Below, in pieces: positions 48,279-57,297 of a DNA stretch of 64,000 nt. The translations under genes were made by a program, and so were the position numbers. Source of the DNA: Spirochaetia bacterium (GTDB lineage Bacteria > Spirochaetota > Spirochaetia > UBA9216); NCBI GenBank assembly GCA_963677925.2, contig CAXXYH010000004.1, forward strand, positions 1,888,001 through 1,952,000. The letters are read 5' to 3'. The stretch's first letter is position 1; every line of letters begins with the position of its first letter. The notes under the pieces were generated by a model. That model did no database searches. It saw only the letters and a list, made by a program, of their open reading frames with translations, and was not told the DNA's origin.

Positions 48279-49805
48279 TTGGAAAACCATCTAACTGATT
48301 TAAGCAGAATTACCAGCCTTGAACAGGCACGCGATCATATCCTCAACCTTCTTGAAGAAAAGGACATTCTACTTGAAAAGGTCCGTGAACTTCTTAACAG
48401 ACTGGATCACGCCGAACGCCGGGAAGAAAACATCAGTTCAAAACTGATGTATAATGAAATTTCAGGTCTGCCCAATCACCGTAAAATGGACTCGGATATA
48501 GGTCCTCTCCTATGGGGTTTTTTTAATTTATCAAATCCTCCCCAGATTTCAGTAATGCTGATAAAACTTGATGAAAATTTCGACCGCTGCCGCCAGACTT
48601 TCAATAATGATGTGTTCAATAATATTCTTTATACAATTTCGAGCCGGCTTAAAGAACTTCTAAACCATAAGGGTCTTCTTTATCACCCCAGAACCGAGGA
48701 ATTTGCTGTTTTTATTTTCGACAGCCTTCAGCCTGACAGTCTTAGAGAGATTGCAGATGAAATACTTAAATCTGTGGAGCAGGTAATAGAGGGAAACATT
48801 TACAAAGTAAAAGTCGGTGCAAATGTAGGTATTGCATCTTTTCCGGACGACGGACTGAATAAAAGGATTCTGCTTTCAAATGCTGATATGGCATTGAAAC
48901 AGGCCGTTCACCGCAGCCTTCCAATTATTTTCTTCGATGAAGAAATGAGGAATACTGTTATCGGAAATATTGAGATGCAGAATAATCTTCTTTCTGCAAT
49001 GGAAGTCCGCAATGAAAGTATTCTGAGCGACAGGTTTACGTTGTTTTTTCAGCCTATAATCTCTGTCTCCCGTCTTGAAAGCGACAGAATTATGGTTGAT
49101 AAAATCAAGGCCGAGGTTCTAATAAGATGGTGCGATGAAAACCGCGGAAGTCATCTGCCTCAGAATCTGATTGAAGTTGCCGAAGAAACCGGTCTGATTC
49201 TGCCGATCGGGAGATGGCTTATAAAATCAGCAATGGAGCAGCTTCGTGAATGGCAGGAAAAATTTCCGAATCTTCAGCTATCCATCAATATTTCTCCCCG
49301 GCAGTTTTTTCATAAGCGCTTTGCAGAAGACCTTTCAGAACTACTGAATGAGACAGGGGCTAATTCCTCTGATATCTTTCTGGAAATAACTGAAACATGT
49401 CTATTTGATGATCAGGATCATGCTGTAAATGAGATTGAACGCCTGAATGATATGGGTTTCCGTATATCGCTGGATGATTTCGGCACCGGATATTCTTCGC
49501 TGGGGTATCTTAACCGATTCAGAGCGCAGGTTCTTAAAATCGATAAGGTTTTTACAGAAGGTCTTCAGTCTGAGGGTAAAAAGAGAGATGTAATCCAGTC
49601 CATAGTAAGAATCGGTAAAGAACTCAATATGGATGTTGTTTTTGAGGGCATAGAGAACTTAAATCAGTTGAAATCTGCAATAAAACTTGGATGTTCGACA
49701 TTTCAGGGATACCTTTTCAGTAGACCGCTCAAGATGGAAGACTTTTTCAGCTTCCTGAATGATACCAGTGACGGTATTATTTCCTTGAATGGAACTGAGA
49801 ATTAA
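48279..49805 (+). CDS. GGDEF(degenerate)-EAL c-di-GMP phosphodiesterase
   Basis: SGLPN; RTEEF in place of GGDEF; EVLIRW, INISP, EITE, DDFGTGYSS, LKIDK, EGIE, QGY. Confidence 0.9.
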   Translation: MENHLTDLSRITSLEQARDHILNLLEEKDILLEKVRELLNRLDHAERREENISSKLMYNEISGLPNHRKMDSDIGPLLWGFFNLSNPPQISVMLIKLDENFDRCRQTFNNDVFNNILYTISSRLKELLNHKGLLYHPRTEEFAVFIFDSLQPDSLREIADEILKSVEQVIEGNIYKVKVGANVGIASFPDDGLNKRILLSNADMALKQAVHRSLPIIFFDEEMRNTVIGNIEMQNNLLSAMEVRNESILSDRFTLFFQPIISVSRLESDRIMVDKIKAEVLIRWCDENRGSHLPQNLIEVAEETGLILPIGRWLIKSAMEQLREWQEKFPNLQLSINISPRQFFHKRFAEDLSELLNETGANSSDIFLEITETCLFDDQDHAVNEIERLNDMGFRISLDDFGTGYSSLGYLNRFRAQVLKIDKVFTEGLQSEGKKRDVIQSIVRIGKELNMDVVFEGIENLNQLKSAIKLGCSTFQGYLFSRPLKMEDFFSFLNDTSDGIISLNGTEN

Positions 49806-49806
49806 T

Positions 49807-50994
49807 ATGAAAAAAATAGACAGAGCATTAAACGCATACAAACAGAATGTCTCCGGTGACAGGACTGAAGGATTTATAAAGACCTCTGAAAAAAGCGGAA
49901 CCGTTATGCCTGAAAAGTCGGGATCTTCAAAGCCGCCTCAGAAACCGAATTCGAAGAAGGCTCCTCCTTCATCCGGTGCCGATGCGGGCTACGCAAAGGC
50001 TGCCAAGTTTCTTCTGCTGGTAGGGCCTCAGCAGGCTGCAGAGGTTCTTAAACATTTTTCAGCAGAGGATGTAGAAAAGATTGTCCGTGAAATCACTGCA
50101 GTAAGAAAAATTTCAAAATCAGAATCTGCTGAAGTGCTGAAAGATTTCGGACATCTTGACCGCAAGGCGGCGGCATCAGCAAAAAAAGATTTCAACACTG
50201 AATATTCAGAAAGCGGCCCTGATAAGGCACTCAGAATGCTGACAGCTGCTTTCGGAGATGAGAAGGGCCGGCAGATTTTTGATAAGGTACTGCCCTTCGG
50301 AGGAAGGCGGCCGTTCGACTTTCTGGACGAACTTGAGCCTGAGCAGATACTGATGGTTATTAAGAATGAACCTCCGTATGTTCTGAGTGTTGTGCTTTCT
50401 TTTTTAGAACCGCAGCTCTCATCGGCTATCATAAGTAAGCTTCCGGAAACAAGCCGGAAAGAGATAATTATTAGAATTGCAAGACAGGGTGAAATAGCCC
50501 CTGGCGTTGTTTCGAAAATGGAAGCAATTTTTCAGGAAAGAATCCGTGCACAGGGGAGGGTCGTAACCGAAGAAATAGATGGTAAATCGATTCTTGCCGG
50601 AATTCTCAAACACATGCCGCTTTCTTTTGAGGATGAAATACTTGATGACCTCTCGGATCACAACCGTGAACTTGCCGATGAGATAAAAGAGCGTATTTAT
50701 ACCTTCGAGCTGGTTGAGCATATTGATGACCGCGATATGCAGTACCTGCTAAGAGATTTTGAAAACTCAGAACTTGCCGTGATAATCAAGGGAAAAAATT
50801 CGGAAAAACGGGCCAGAATCCTGGATAATCTTTCTGAACGGCGGAAAGAGATGATTTTAGAAGAATCTGTCTACCTTGGAGAGATGAGAAGAGCAGATGT
50901 TGATAAATCTACCCGCGAATTTGTCGATTATATAATAGACCTCGAACAGAAAGGTGAAATTACCATTATGCGGGGCGATGACGAATTTATTTAA
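49807..50994 (+). CDS. fliG: Flagellar motor switch protein FliG paralog with N-terminal extension
   Basis: KAAKFLLLVG, PFDFL..L, IIIRIA, YTFE, ILDNLSERR, EQKGEI. Confidence 0.85.
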   Translation: MKKIDRALNAYKQNVSGDRTEGFIKTSEKSGTVMPEKSGSSKPPQKPNSKKAPPSSGADAGYAKAAKFLLLVGPQQAAEVLKHFSAEDVEKIVREITAVRKISKSESAEVLKDFGHLDRKAAASAKKDFNTEYSESGPDKALRMLTAAFGDEKGRQIFDKVLPFGGRRPFDFLDELEPEQILMVIKNEPPYVLSVVLSFLEPQLSSAIISKLPETSRKEIIIRIARQGEIAPGVVSKMEAIFQERIRAQGRVVTEEIDGKSILAGILKHMPLSFEDEILDDLSDHNRELADEIKERIYTFELVEHIDDRDMQYLLRDFENSELAVIIKGKNSEKRARILDNLSERRKEMILEESVYLGEMRRADVDKSTREFVDYIIDLEQKGEITIMRGDDEFI

Positions 50995-51009
50995 AGTCTG
51001 CGGGGGCGT

Positions 51010-51207
51010 ATGGAAATTGAAAAGTTAATCGACGGCAGAATCGGCGACGGCATGGTTAAATTGGGAGAGATGACCTCGGAACAGGTCATAGAAGTTCTTC
51101 AGCGGCAGAAGGATGGAGACAGCCGACTTTTTGGAGAGATAGCAGTAGACCTTGATTATATTGATATAGGCAGTGTAATAAGGTATCTGGAGCAGTCCGC
51201 GGTTTAG
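51010..51207 (+). CDS. Small stand-alone MshEN-like protein
   Basis: RIGDGMVKLGEMTSEQVIEVLQRQ...RLFGEIAVDLDYI resembles tandem RLGxxLxxxG..LxxQ motifs. Confidence 0.65.
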   Translation: MEIEKLIDGRIGDGMVKLGEMTSEQVIEVLQRQKDGDSRLFGEIAVDLDYIDIGSVIRYLEQSAV

Positions 51208-51210
51208 CGC

Positions 51211-51663
51211 TTATTCCGGATTTTTTGAATCAAGGATGATTGTAACCGGTCCGTTATTTTCCAGCTCAATCTGCATATCGGCACCGAATTCTCCGGTAGC
51301 AATCTTTTTACCAAGCAGCTTTTCCGTTTCAGAAACAAGTTTCTCATACAGAGGCACTGCCTGCTCAGGAGCGGCTGCAGGGCTGAATCCGGGTCTGTTA
51401 CCCTTTTTTATGCTTGCATAAAGAGTGAACTGACTGACTATCATTATTTCACCTGCAGTATCAAGGACGGACAGATTCATAAGCCCCTTGTTATCTTCAA
51501 ATATACGCATATTCAGCGCTTTGCGGATCATCCACTGAAGATCTTCTTCTGTATCATCCCTGCCGATTCCGGCAAGTATCATCAGTCCTCTGCCTATTTT
51601 TCCGCCTTTAACACCATTTATAGTTACTTCGGCATAGTTAACTCTCTGAATCACAAATCGCAT
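51211..51663 (-). CDS. dtd: D-aminoacyl-tRNA deacylase
   Basis: MRFVIQRV, VSQFTL, GNRPGF, GEFGADM, NNGPVT. Confidence 0.96.
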   Translation of the reverse strand: MRFVIQRVNYAEVTINGVKGGKIGRGLMILAGIGRDDTEEDLQWMIRKALNMRIFEDNKGLMNLSVLDTAGEIMIVSQFTLYASIKKGNRPGFSPAAAPEQAVPLYEKLVSETEKLLGKKIATGEFGADMQIELENNGPVTIILDSKNPE

Positions 51664-51773
51664 GGACGGATATTAACATTTTGATGTGGATTTAAACAGT
51701 GGAATTCAAGTAATAATCAACATCGTTCAAGACTCAATACTGCCAGGCCGACAGATAAATAGAGGCATAAAAT

Positions 51774-52736
51774 ATGAGTAATTTCCGAGTAATTGTTACA
51801 GACGACCGGCATGGTGAATATTCAATTGAAAAAGATATATTAAAGGAATGCGGTGCAGAGCTTGAGATCTTTGACTGCAGAACAGAAGCAGAGGTGCTTG
51901 ACGCCTGCAGCGGAGCAGACGGTGTTCTTCTTAATCTTGCGCCGATGAGTAAAGATGTTATAAAAAAACTCGACACTGTCCGTGTAATTTCCCGCTATGG
52001 TGTCGGTTATGATAACGTGGATCCGGCTGCCTGCACAGAAAGGGGGATCTATCTTTCAAATGTCCCGGACTATTGTTTCGAAGATGTTTCAGACCTTGCT
52101 GTTGCGCATATCTTTTCATCACTGCGTCAGCTCTCCCACCGTGACAGGATGATAAGAAACGGAGAGTGGAATATCGGCCGCAAAAATAATACAAGGATCA
52201 GGGGGAAGGTTCTTGCCATTATAGGTTACGGACGAAGCGGGAGATGTCTGCACAGAAAGATGTCCGCCATGGGCCTCTCACGTGTTCTTGTTTATGACCC
52301 CTATGTACATGAAGAGGAAATCAGAATAAATCAGGGTGAACCGGCAGACTTTTCAACAGCTGTAACAGAAGCCGATATTATTTCAATTCATGTACCTCTT
52401 AGCACTGAAACCCTCGGCCTTTTTTCGGAAAAGGAATTCAGGATGATGAAACCGGGTGCGATAATTATCAATACTTCACGGGGAGGGATAATTGAACATC
52501 AATCGCTGGTCGAAGCTCTTACACAGAACAGAATAGCTTTTGCCGGGCTTGATACCCACCATATAGAACCTCTGCCGGCTGATGACCCTCTGCTTCAGCT
52601 TTCAAACTGCGTTCTAAGTGATCACTGCGGTTACAATACTGTAGAGGGATTTGTCGAACTAAAAAGCAAGGCCGCTAAAAACATAGTGAAGGTTCTGACA
52701 GGCGGTGTTCCCGATTACTGGCTAAATCCGTTTTAA
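51774..52736 (+). CDS. D-2-hydroxyacid dehydrogenase (CtBP/SerA-like)
   Basis: RYGVGYDNVD, NVPDYC, IIGYGRSG, INTSRG. Confidence 0.9.
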   Translation: MSNFRVIVTDDRHGEYSIEKDILKECGAELEIFDCRTEAEVLDACSGADGVLLNLAPMSKDVIKKLDTVRVISRYGVGYDNVDPAACTERGIYLSNVPDYCFEDVSDLAVAHIFSSLRQLSHRDRMIRNGEWNIGRKNNTRIRGKVLAIIGYGRSGRCLHRKMSAMGLSRVLVYDPYVHEEEIRINQGEPADFSTAVTEADIISIHVPLSTETLGLFSEKEFRMMKPGAIIINTSRGGIIEHQSLVEALTQNRIAFAGLDTHHIEPLPADDPLLQLSNCVLSDHCGYNTVEGFVELKSKAAKNIVKVLTGGVPDYWLNPF

Positions 52737-52773
52737 ACGCTTATAATTTTAAATGTAAGAAAGGGGCTGAACA

Positions 52774-53139
52774 GTGAAAAATTATAGTGGAAGCAATAGA
52801 AGAAAAGAACCTCGTTATATCGTTGATAATCTAAGAGTTACTGAACAGGGCGGAATATCATTAATCGGTAAGCTCAGGGATATTTCGGAAAGCGGGCTGA
52901 TGATACTATCCGAAGAGGTCCTCTGCACAGGTGAAGAACTTCTGGTCTGGGTGGAACTTCCTGAAGATCCCGGATTCTCATCAGGCTATATGGAGATGAC
53001 GATGGTATTGCTCTGGTCACGCATAGATGAAGATCCGAAGCTATATGCACATGGCGGAAATATCATAAATTTATCTGAGACGGCACGTCAGGATGTCCAG
53101 CTGATGATGAAAAAATTCGGACTAGAAGAAACCTTCTGA
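52774..53139 (+). CDS. PilZ domain protein
   Basis: RRKEPR (RxxxR) and DISESG. Confidence 0.85.
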   Translation: MKNYSGSNRRKEPRYIVDNLRVTEQGGISLIGKLRDISESGLMILSEEVLCTGEELLVWVELPEDPGFSSGYMEMTMVLLWSRIDEDPKLYAHGGNIINLSETARQDVQLMMKKFGLEETF

Positions 53140-53350
53140 TTTGTAATTTAATATTTGATCCACGATACTTATTTATTATCAGGCAGGAGAACAGGATTTT
53201 AAATTGTTTAAAAAAGTAACAGCTATTTCATTTTCCTCCGGTTCAGAGGAGGATTATGAAGTTTTTATTTTCTTCCTGGAATAAGCCTGCTTGAGAGCCG
53301 GGATGAATCTCCTGTTCCTGATTTACAATATTAACTTCCGGAGGGCATAT

Positions 53351-53707
53351 ATGAATGATGAATCCGGACAAAACATTATACTCTGCCCGAAAATCTTTTC
53401 CGAAAAGGACGGTCCGCAGATAGGCTGGCTGGGCGATTTATCTGAGACCGGTATCATGATCATAAGCATAGACCCCTTTGAATCAGGGATTAAAAAGAAA
53501 GTATTTCTTGAGCTTCCGCGAGGAGGGCGATATCTTCTTGAATATGCTGAATTGGAAATCCAGTTCCTGTGGGCAAAAAAAGACAGGAATCCCGGATATT
53601 ATACAAATGGCGGAGTTATAACTGATGTTTCTGAACAGAGTAAATACGAGCTGGAAACACTTATTGCGGTCTTCGGACTTGCGGATAACCGGGAACTGCA
53701 GGATTAA
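53351..53707 (+). CDS. Degenerate PilZ-like protein (paralog of the upstream gene)
   Basis: IGWLGDLSETG, ELP, LW and GG align with the previous ORF; no RxxxR; GGAGG SD before ATG 53351. Confidence 0.65.
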   Translation: MNDESGQNIILCPKIFSEKDGPQIGWLGDLSETGIMIISIDPFESGIKKKVFLELPRGGRYLLEYAELEIQFLWAKKDRNPGYYTNGGVITDVSEQSKYELETLIAVFGLADNRELQD

Positions 53708-53714
53708 ACAGACT

Positions 53715-55160
53715 TCAGGGGCTTCTCTGACTGAAATCCCAGTTTTCTTTGATTACCTTTCCCAGCAGTTCAATCTTATCTTCGAGTGACGGTGTGTAAT
53801 AACCTGCACTTAAGCGTATACAATTATTCCAGCGGCCTTCAAGACTGAATAGTCTGCCCGGTGAAAATATCATATCGCCCTCTTTGCAAATTTCATAAAT
53901 CCGATCCATATCTCCGCTTCCCGGAAGTGTCAGCCATAGAATAAAGCCTCCTGAAGGATCTGTAACCTTCACCTCAGAAGGAAGATGCCGGTATACAGCT
54001 TCTCTGAGTTCAGCAAGCCGCTCAGCTGCCTTTTTACGCAGCTGACGCAGATGCCTGTCATAGTAGCCGCTCTGCATGAAATGAAGGGCTATCATTTGAG
54101 AGGGGAGGGCCGTTGAGATGTTTGTCATTGTTTTTAATGCCAGTATTTTCTCTTTCCAGATTCCCGGAATCATCCAGCCCAGTCTCAGACCCGGCGAAAG
54201 ACTCTTGGAGAAGGATGAGCACAGAATCATCCGTCCTGATTTATCAAAAGCTTTGCAGGCAGGTTCCCTTTTTTCGGTAAAGCTTATATCACCGTAAATG
54301 TCATCTTCAAAAAGAAGGATGTCCCGGGACTGCAGAAGTTCAACAAGCCGCTTTTTATTTTCAACAGGCATCGTGAAGCCCAGGGGGTTATGATTTGTCG
54401 GAACAGTGATCACTGCTTTTACCGGGTGTCTGTTTATTACAAACTCGAGAATATCAAGATTCATCCCTATTGCCGGATCCGTCGGAATTTCAATAACCTT
54501 AAGACCATATTCTCTGAGCAGATAGAGAAAATTGTAGTAAAATGGACTTTCAAGAGCCACGGTATCACCGGGTTTGGTATGCAGTTTTACTGCCAGCGCA
54601 ATGGCGCTCATACTTCCCTCGGTAATTATAATGTCCTCAGGATCTGTCATGATACCTGCATCAATACTGCGCCTTGCAATCTCTGTTCTGAGTTCCGCCA
54701 GTCCCTGGGGCGATGGATAGTTGAAAATATCCATACGATTCTGCTCTTCCCGGCTCAGCGTCATTCTGTCGGTGTAAGGCAGAACTTTAAGATCAAAGAG
54801 CGCACAGGCAAAGGGTGACTTATCCGGATAGAGGCTGTTTTCGATCATTGTGTTGTACCAGCTGAGGAAATTATCTGAAACATACTCCGGTCTTTCAATG
54901 CTTGAAAGGCGCTCTCCCTGTTTATGATCAGTTACATAGTAGCCAGACTGTGGAATGCCTCTGATTATTCCGCTCATTTCCAGATTTCCGTAAGCCTCGC
55001 GTGCAGTATTTATGCTGACACCCAGGCGTCTGCTGAGTTCCCGAAGTGATGGCAGTTTTTCCCCGCGCTTGTATACTCCGGAAACTATCTGAAGTTCCAG
55101 TTTTGAAGCAACTTCTGAGTACAGGGTCTCTTTTCTTCTCTCATAATGTGCGGTTTTCAT
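53715..55160 (-). CDS. MocR/GntR PLP-dependent aminotransferase-family regulator
   Basis: GEKLPSLRELS..LGVSINTAREAY wHTH; EDDIYG; SSFSKSLSPGLRLGW. Confidence 0.93.
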   Translation of the reverse strand: MKTAHYERRKETLYSEVASKLELQIVSGVYKRGEKLPSLRELSRRLGVSINTAREAYGNLEMSGIIRGIPQSGYYVTDHKQGERLSSIERPEYVSDNFLSWYNTMIENSLYPDKSPFACALFDLKVLPYTDRMTLSREEQNRMDIFNYPSPQGLAELRTEIARRSIDAGIMTDPEDIIITEGSMSAIALAVKLHTKPGDTVALESPFYYNFLYLLREYGLKVIEIPTDPAIGMNLDILEFVINRHPVKAVITVPTNHNPLGFTMPVENKKRLVELLQSRDILLFEDDIYGDISFTEKREPACKAFDKSGRMILCSSFSKSLSPGLRLGWMIPGIWKEKILALKTMTNISTALPSQMIALHFMQSGYYDRHLRQLRKKAAERLAELREAVYRHLPSEVKVTDPSGGFILWLTLPGSGDMDRIYEICKEGDMIFSPGRLFSLEGRWNNCIRLSAGYYTPSLEDKIELLGKVIKENWDFSQRSP

Positions 55161-55338
55161 TACTTTCCAATTATAGCTTTAATCTTCTGCTGTATAAAGA
55201 TACAAAAGAACCGCAGACGACGGGCACAGTTTGGTTCATATCTCTGCTGTGTCCGCTTTAAAAACTGCAACTGAAGCTTTTATTGCCTCAACAATTGGAT
55301 AGGATGTAAAACAAGAACATACAACAGGCAGGAGCAGA

Positions 55339-55653
55339 ATGATGCTGAACGAAAAAAAGAAATTGAAACAAATAGACTGCAGATATGCGGAAGAACTCAG
55401 ACTTAGAAGAGGGGATTTAATTCAATGTACCGAAGGCAGGGTCTGGATAACAGCTGACGGAAGCGACTATATAATCAACAAGGGCGAGACTCTGGGGTGG
55501 AAAGCACGTTCTTCAAACGCCGTTATCTGGACGCTCCTGTCAAACTCTGCAGAGGTTTTGATTGAGCCGGCGGCTGCTACCTCTCGATTATCTTTCCGTT
55601 TTTCACATAAAGATCGGTTTTTGAGGTCCCCTTTGTCGGGGAGTCCCACCTGA
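55339..55653 (+). CDS. DUF2917-like small protein
   Basis: CTEGRVWIT..G.DYII..GE; divergent from the MocR regulator; AGGAG SD. Confidence 0.7.
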   Translation: MMLNEKKKLKQIDCRYAEELRLRRGDLIQCTEGRVWITADGSDYIINKGETLGWKARSSNAVIWTLLSNSAEVLIEPAAATSRLSFRFSHKDRFLRSPLSGSPT

Positions 55654-57181
55654 GGCTTCCGAAGAAAACATAGACCTTGCCGAATATCATCTGATCCACT
55701 GCTACTGAAGAGGCTTCATTTGCTGTAAGGTCTTTTTTAAGCTCATGAAGATCTCTGAGTTCATTGCTGAGCCTTTTATTTATTTCTTCAGACTCTGAAG
55801 TAAGCTGTTCTATGGCTGTTAAAACCTTCTTGCGGGGGATTTCCTGATCTTCAACTTTTACCAGGGCATTCTTAAGCTGCCTCAGCGTTGTGTCGAGTTC
55901 GTTCAATTTTTTATTCATCGAACTCACCGCATCCTGATGCTCTTCAAGCAGACTGAACCTCTCTATGTCTACACCTGGAAAAACTTCGGTCACCGGTTCG
56001 TTTATGGACCCCAGTTTCTTGCATTTGATATTGCCTCCGGCGCAGATTCTTCCCCCGAATATTTCAGCCCTTTTACCGGTAAGCAGGATGTCCCCGTCAG
56101 CCTTTATCCGTGAGTGCATGATTGCTTCTTCCACTATTATATTTCCTCTGCAGGTAACATTAGCGCTTTCTATATATTTTGCGTACAGGTTTCCGCCGCA
56201 GTAAATTCTGCCCTCATCATTACCAGAAATCCCTGCCTTAAGGATAAGATCACCCTCGCACGATATATCAACTCTGCTTAAAGACTTTCCTATCTGTACA
56301 TCACCTGCAGCTTTCACAGTGAAACCGTCTGCAATTCTTCCGCTTATATCAATTGAGCCGTTGAAGTCCATGTTCCCGTTTGAATAATCTACATTCTCAA
56401 CTGCAATGAGTTTATCAACGGTCACAGCGCCTTCGGACAGCCTCACATTCCCGTCAATTTCAGCTGTGATGGCTTTCCCGTCCTCAGCAAGCAGAGTCCC
56501 CTCTCCGGCTTCAAAGTTTTGGGCAACAGCGCCTCTCGCCGGTTCAAGCACTGTCCCTGTAATGTCGCGTCCCTCTTTAGCTTTGACAGGGGCACCCAGA
56601 ACTGCGAGTACGTCGCCTTCCTGCTTGTTCTGGATGAAATTAAGTTCCTTGAGATCTATACGGTGAAATTCGAGCTCACGGAAGGGCTTAAGCCTGTCTG
56701 TTACGAAGTAATATTCAGGTTCAGCTGCTTTTTCATCGACAGCTTCAGTGCCGTGGGCAGCTGCAATTTTCTGATCATAGATACCCCGGAAGGCTATAGT
56801 CTGAAGTACATCGTTATCAATGCCGTATACAACCTCGGCTTCTTTAAGTGCGGCTTTCAGCATTTCAAGGCTCAGCGGTTCTCCGCCCTGTTTTCCGGCT
56901 TTCACCATTATCCATGCAGTCATGAGGTCCTCGGAGCATTCAACTGTAATCTCCGGGGCGAGATGCCGGCCTTCGGGCCACTCAGTGAGCTGGTGGGGTG
57001 TTCCGTCTCCTGAATCAATGATATCAATTATCACCTGGCGCCGAACATTATTTATACCAAGAAGATGCAGCCTTCCGGTAATATCTTCCGGATACACAGT
57101 TCTGGCATCATCTCTTGGATACACTGTAAGCCAGGCGTAGCCGTTTTTATAGTAAATATCAAAAATACCTTCAGTTTTCAT
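55577..57181 (-). CDS. FapA (DUF342) family protein
   Basis: VVYGID, GRDITG, VDYSNGNMDFNG, beta-helix repeats and a coiled coil. Confidence 0.88.
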   Translation of the reverse strand: MKTEGIFDIYYKNGYAWLTVYPRDDARTVYPEDITGRLHLLGINNVRRQVIIDIIDSGDGTPHQLTEWPEGRHLAPEITVECSEDLMTAWIMVKAGKQGGEPLSLEMLKAALKEAEVVYGIDNDVLQTIAFRGIYDQKIAAAHGTEAVDEKAAEPEYYFVTDRLKPFRELEFHRIDLKELNFIQNKQEGDVLAVLGAPVKAKEGRDITGTVLEPARGAVAQNFEAGEGTLLAEDGKAITAEIDGNVRLSEGAVTVDKLIAVENVDYSNGNMDFNGSIDISGRIADGFTVKAAGDVQIGKSLSRVDISCEGDLILKAGISGNDEGRIYCGGNLYAKYIESANVTCRGNIIVEEAIMHSRIKADGDILLTGKRAEIFGGRICAGGNIKCKKLGSINEPVTEVFPGVDIERFSLLEEHQDAVSSMNKKLNELDTTLRQLKNALVKVEDQEIPRKKVLTAIEQLTSESEEINKRLSNELRDLHELKKDLTANEASSVAVDQMIFGKVYVFFGSLRWDSPTKGTSKTDLYVKNGKIIER

Positions 57182-57262
57182 TTTATCTACAGTTTATCCG
57201 GAGCTTTTTTTTAAAACAACCCGAGTTTTAAAAAAAGCTCAACCATGTCTTTGTAATCAATC

Positions 57263-57291
57263 TTGACACTGGGGGCCAACATAAATACTAT
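57263..57291 (+). promoter_or_regulatory. Sigma70 promoter of alaS (predicted leaderless)
   Basis: TTGACA (57263-68), 17 nt, TACTAT (57286-91), 6 nt before the ATG; no SD. Confidence 0.65.
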
Positions 57292-57297
57292 CTTAGC

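Noticed and set aside
55577-55653. 77-bp convergent overlap of DUF2917 and fapA
   Set aside because: Most simply a run-on C-terminal tail of the small gene; several other convergent pairs here also overlap briefly.
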